This document shows, one piece after another, positions 28,249-31,609 of a stretch of 31,609 bases of DNA. The DNA is from Sulfolobales archaeon (GTDB lineage: Archaea; Thermoproteota; Thermoprotei_A; Sulfolobales; NBVN01). A model generated the notes under the pieces. The model did not search any database. It had not been told where the DNA came from and saw nothing but the letters and a program-made list of their open reading frames with translations. Positions within the stretch are counted from its first letter, which is position 1. The number at the start of each line of letters is the position of its first letter. The stretch lies in NCBI GenBank assembly GCA_038841535.1, contig JAWBTQ010000007.1, positions 39,451 to 71,059 on the forward strand. Direction: 5' to 3'. The position numbers were made by a program, and so were the translations under genes.

Positions 28249-29865
28249 TTGGTCGAGTCAAGCAGGGATTACTACAGGCGGTTCTTCAAGCTGGTAACAG
28301 GGTTCGAACCCTACGAATGGCAAGTGGAGGTTGCAGAGAGACTTTTCGAGCTGGAGGAGAAAGGAGGTGTTCTGATCCTCAGAGCTGAAACGGGTAGCGG
28401 TAAGACTGAGGCATCGGTTCTTCCGAGCTTATTCCTCGGCAGACAGGTCATCATCGTGGAGCCCTATAGAGCACTGATCGAGGACATGGTGGCGAGATTC
28501 GAAAAATATCTTGCGAAGCTATCGAAAACCCTTGGCGTTGGATGCACCCTTGGGGTAGACTACGGCGGTAGACACTATATCTACGAGTGCACCGAGAACG
28601 AGTGTGGAGAGAGACCGACTATGAAGCCGTTCGGAGCAGACATCCTAGTCACAACGATCGATGAAATGGTCTACAGGATCCTGTCGATAGGGACCCCCAG
28701 GAAGGCGAGCCTATACACCTCCCTAGTTAGGAGCAGTAGACCTGTGGTCTTCTTCGATGAGGCGCACTCCTATACGAGCGAAGCCTTCAACCCGATGGTG
28801 ACCCTCGTACACTTAACCGCATCCCTCCCTATGTACACTCCAGTCGTCATCGCCACCGCGACCCTACCCAAGAGCGTTGAGGAGCACCTAGAGATCGTAG
28901 CTAAGAGGAACGGTGTTAGCTTAATCAAAGTCGGCACTCCCAAGCCAGAGAAGAAGCCTCCGAAGGCACGCATTGAGCTGGACCTCAGAGAGTTCAAAGA
29001 TCATGAAGAGCTGGTCAGAGCTTTAGTCGAGCACGCCGATAAGTACGTAAGTAAGGGCTTCCGCAAGATCCTAGTAAGGGTGGTCACGCCGGAGATAGCC
29101 TACTCCGTGTACGCTAGGCTATTAAAACACGTGAGCCAAGGGTATGGGGTTGGAGTGCTCCACGGTAGGATTCCCATATACGATAGAGAGAGGGTGTATA
29201 GAGCGGTTAGAGATGACGTAAGTAGAGACGAGAATGTGATACTGGTGTCGACCTCAGTTATAGAGGCTGGTGTAGACCTCGACTTCGACGCCGGGGTCCT
29301 CGAGCTAACACCGTATAGAAGTCTGGAGCAGACCATGGGCAGGGTGAACAGGAGGTATGCGAAGAAGAACTCCGAAGCGACTATAGTGAACACCTTGGAC
29401 AGTACGTGGGGGATACTGGAGGAGCTGAAATACCTCGAAGAGGTTAGAAAACTGCTCGCAGAGCTGGGAAGTGGGGTCGAGTGGGATGGAGACCTATCGC
29501 CGAAGCTGAAGGAGATCGACGAGAGGTACACCAAGGATAGACTGTCGGTAGCCAACCTCGTGGACGCCTACAACAGCCCCTACTCTAGGATTCTAGCCAT
29601 ATCTCTCTACTCCCTCTTCCACCTAGAGGGAACATTCCTCGAGCACTTGCTAGCCCTATCAAAGACGGAATACGAAACGAGAGGTACCCTAGACATAGAG
29701 GTAGAGGTCGAAGGTGAGCCAAGAAACGTACTAAGGATACCGTATTCGATAGCAAGGGAGTACGGCATAAACGCAACAAAAACAGTACCCAAGGAGCTCT
29801 TAGTAGACCACAGCTACGTGAGGAATGAGAAGAGAATAGAAGCTAGAGGTCTTATATCCACATGA
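28249..29865 (+). CDS. cas3': Cas3' SF2 helicase
   Basis: PYEWQ, AETGSGKT, DEAH, TAT, LHGR, STSVIEAGVDLDFD, QTMGRVNR. Confidence 0.93.
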   Translation: MVESSRDYYRRFFKLVTGFEPYEWQVEVAERLFELEEKGGVLILRAETGSGKTEASVLPSLFLGRQVIIVEPYRALIEDMVARFEKYLAKLSKTLGVGCTLGVDYGGRHYIYECTENECGERPTMKPFGADILVTTIDEMVYRILSIGTPRKASLYTSLVRSSRPVVFFDEAHSYTSEAFNPMVTLVHLTASLPMYTPVVIATATLPKSVEEHLEIVAKRNGVSLIKVGTPKPEKKPPKARIELDLREFKDHEELVRALVEHADKYVSKGFRKILVRVVTPEIAYSVYARLLKHVSQGYGVGVLHGRIPIYDRERVYRAVRDDVSRDENVILVSTSVIEAGVDLDFDAGVLELTPYRSLEQTMGRVNRRYAKKNSEATIVNTLDSTWGILEELKYLEEVRKLLAELGSGVEWDGDLSPKLKEIDERYTKDRLSVANLVDAYNSPYSRILAISLYSLFHLEGTFLEHLLALSKTEYETRGTLDIEVEVEGEPRNVLRIPYSIAREYGINATKTVPKELLVDHSYVRNEKRIEARGLIST

Positions 29866-29947
29866 ATGCTAAGGAGGTCTAAAACATAAGGCTCTAAGTA
29901 TTTCTGGAATACAGCCGTCAACCTCATACCATCGGGATACGGATTCA

Positions 29948-30171
29948 CGGGTGTGTAACTGTTTTAGTGTGCTAGGTTTTTGTAGGTCTCTCTAGGATGC
30001 TTAGAGCTCTTGACGTGATTAAGTTTAGCAAGGTTTATAAACTAGTGAGTACATATAAATGCTTTGGTGACCCTGGGTTTCCGAGACCTACGGCAGACCG
30101 TGGGGAGGGGGCTCAGGGAAACCGTGATGACCCGCCCCAGGAAAACCTACAAAACCTAGGACGGGAAACGG
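29948..30171 (+). mobile_element. Putative non-autonomous element with inverted subterminal motifs, internal promoter and structured RNA
   Basis: ctaggtttttgtagg (29972-29986) is an imperfect inverted match to cctacaaaacctag (30146-30159); TTTATAAA at 30034; stems ggtttcc/ggaaacc and cctacgg/ccgtggg; GTGATGA at 30124; ends AAACGG. Confidence 0.5.
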
Positions 30172-30231
30172 TAGGGAGCCACGGAAGGGGGATGTGATAA
30201 ACTCCTCGATAGACTGTGTCTTCTGTAAAAG

Positions 30232-30466
30232 TTTTTAAGCTGTTTTAGCTACTATAAGTGTTTGGAGGATGTATCCCGCCTCGATGACGGCGTGGTAGCC
30301 ATCAGAGGCGGGAGGATACATATATACCTCGAGGCGGGCTCTGTGGTGCCCGTCGATGTAGCTCCCAATGACCCTGCGAACAATGAGCAGGTGATGAGGG
30401 AGAAGCCCGTGTCGACAATACCCAAGACAATCAAAACACCTAAACAAACCCAAACAAACGACACGG
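30232..30466 (+). mobile_element. Second tnpB-3'-end-like structured cassette, fused to the cas1 remnant
   Basis: TTTTTAAG at 30232; hairpin atgtatcccgcctc (30269-30282) / gaggcgggaggatacat (30305-30321); cgggct/agcccg stem; GTGATGA at 30391; A/C-rich tail ending ACGG. Confidence 0.45.
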
Positions 30467-30468
30467 GC

Positions 30469-30870
30469 AACCACTTCCTCTACGCTGTGCTCTACGGAGT
30501 CGTAACTAAAGCAATAGTTACTACTGGGTTAGACCCCTTCTATGGGCTAGTTCATGCGTTGAAGAGCGGTCGATTATCGCTTACGTACGACCTCTCAGAG
30601 GTGTTTAAACCACTAGCCATCCACGCTGTCATTCAAGCAAGTAGAAAAGCAAGACTGAGAACGCTGAGAGGCTCGAGAATGCTAACACCTAAAACGATTG
30701 AAGTAATCACTAGCCATTTGTATGGTAGGATATCGCGTGAAGGTGAGAGACTGTACAATAGAAAATCGTTATGGATACTACCTATAAGAGAGATTGCGAA
30801 ATTCAAGGACTCGATATTAAAGAGATTTAAATATGAAGCATACACTTATGATCCGGCATCCGGCTCCTGA
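30469..30870 (+). pseudogene. cas1: cas1 C-terminal fragment (N-terminal part missing)
   Basis: NHFLYAVLY...GLDPFYGLVH...SLTYDLSEVFKP are Cas1 catalytic His/Asp-Glu motifs. The first ~69 codons of ORF 30262-30870 are not Cas1-like. Confidence 0.85.
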
Positions 30871-31035
30871 TGGGGTTCGATGGGTTTTCCGAAATCAACC
30901 ATGAAAACTTATAAAAACCCCGAAATAGAGCAAAGATAGGAAGCAATCAGAAAAGACTGAAAGCACGTCGGGCGACGTGATCGTTGAGATGAGGCAGGCG
31001 GTCGACGGTATGAAGCAATCAGAAAAGACTGAAAG
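30857..31035 (+). CRISPR. Leader plus mini-array: 2 repeats GAAGCAATCAGAAAAGACTGAAAG (30940-30963, 31012-31035) and one 48-nt spacer
   Basis: Two identical 24-nt repeats; TTATAAAA at 30909-30916. Confidence 0.9.
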
Positions 31036-31092
31036 ATGAGAGCGTAGGTGGTTGGCTAGGTTTGACTTGTACTTAAACTGCTTGCTGCAGAA

Positions 31093-31609
31093 CTTTCAAT
31101 TCTATCCTTTAGATTCAGTTCAACGTGACTAGGGCGGAGATTAAGCCGCACATAGGCTTTCAATTCTATCCTTTAGATTCACCACGCTACTGCGTCGTTA
31201 AGCAGTAGAGCCAGCAAGGGGTCTTTCAATTCTATTCTTTAGATTCAAGATCTAGGCTGATAGGTATAATGTTCTTGGCGATTGCTGCTTTCAATTCTAT
31301 TCTTTAGATTCGGAACTCATCGTGTGTGTAGATGTGGTACGCTAGGTTAGACTCTTTCAATTCTATTCTTTAGATTCACTATCTTGTCTTCGGTAGGTAG
31401 CGACTCCCAGAACTTCCTTTCAATTCTATTCTTTAGATTCTCAAACACATATCTCCACACACCCTCAAGTACTAGAAAAAATCTTTCAATTCTATTCTTT
31501 AGATTCGGGCTAGCACGTCTATATCAAACCCTTCATCTTCTAGCTTTCCTTTCAATTCTATTCTTTAGATTCGTTTGGAGGGTTGTTGAGAGTGGTTTGG
31601 AGGACGGTC
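31093..31609 (-). CRISPR. CRISPR array trailer end, repeat GAATCTAAAGAATAGAATTGAAAG; 8 repeats, probably continuing beyond the window
   Basis: Repeats start at 31093, 31157, 31223, 31288, 31354, 31417, 31483 and 31549, with 39-42 nt spacers. The two leftmost repeats carry one substitution; ATTGAAAG 3' end indicates minus orientation. Confidence 0.97.

Noticed and set aside
193-29792. Many short ORFs in the track (e.g. 193-393, 1056-1259, 2026-2382, 4919-5242, 9317-9751, 20580-20999, 26336-26662, 29100-29555)
   Set aside because: They are antisense or off-frame shadows of well-supported genes, with Ser/Thr/Leu-rich composition and no motifs.
29997-30197. 66-aa ORF as a cas2 or other cas gene
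   Set aside because: No Cas2 YD motif; it spans a TATA box and stem-loops and is better explained as a non-coding cassette.
21727-30963. Casposon or CAST interpretation of the inverted repeats
   Set aside because: No PolB or Tns genes and no target-site duplication seen; the arms are CRISPR leaders and cas1 is a fragment.
31117-31609. Self-targeting spacers
   Set aside because: No convincing match to the window was found by eye; an alignment is needed to exclude partial matches.

Overview
Archaeal DNA, most likely Thermoproteota of Desulfurococcales type (inferred from type II GAPDH, rpl12/P1, IPK plus type 2 IPP isomerase, a BHB-intron tRNA, Csa3 and 24-nt GAAAG-ending CRISPR repeats). Bases 1-21.6 kb hold housekeeping genes. 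Several of the intergenic gaps contain short structured, non-coding, repeat-like cassettes ending in AAACG(G). Bases 21.7-31.0 kb hold an atypical class 1 type I CRISPR-Cas module: cas6 and csa3 (minus strand), divergent from a 572-aa Zn-finger large subunit with no HD domain and a likely internal Cas11 start, a Csc2-like (I-D) Cas7, Cas5, a stand-alone HD nuclease, a Cas3' helicase and a 5'-truncated cas1. The module is bracketed by a 107-bp inverted duplication (105/107 identical by eye) of leader plus first repeat, which also supplies the stop codons of both cas6 and the cas1 remnant. The two cognate arrays are reduced to 1 and 2 repeats. A second, longer array with a different repeat converges from the right edge. 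All calls come from manual motif reading; no searches were run.
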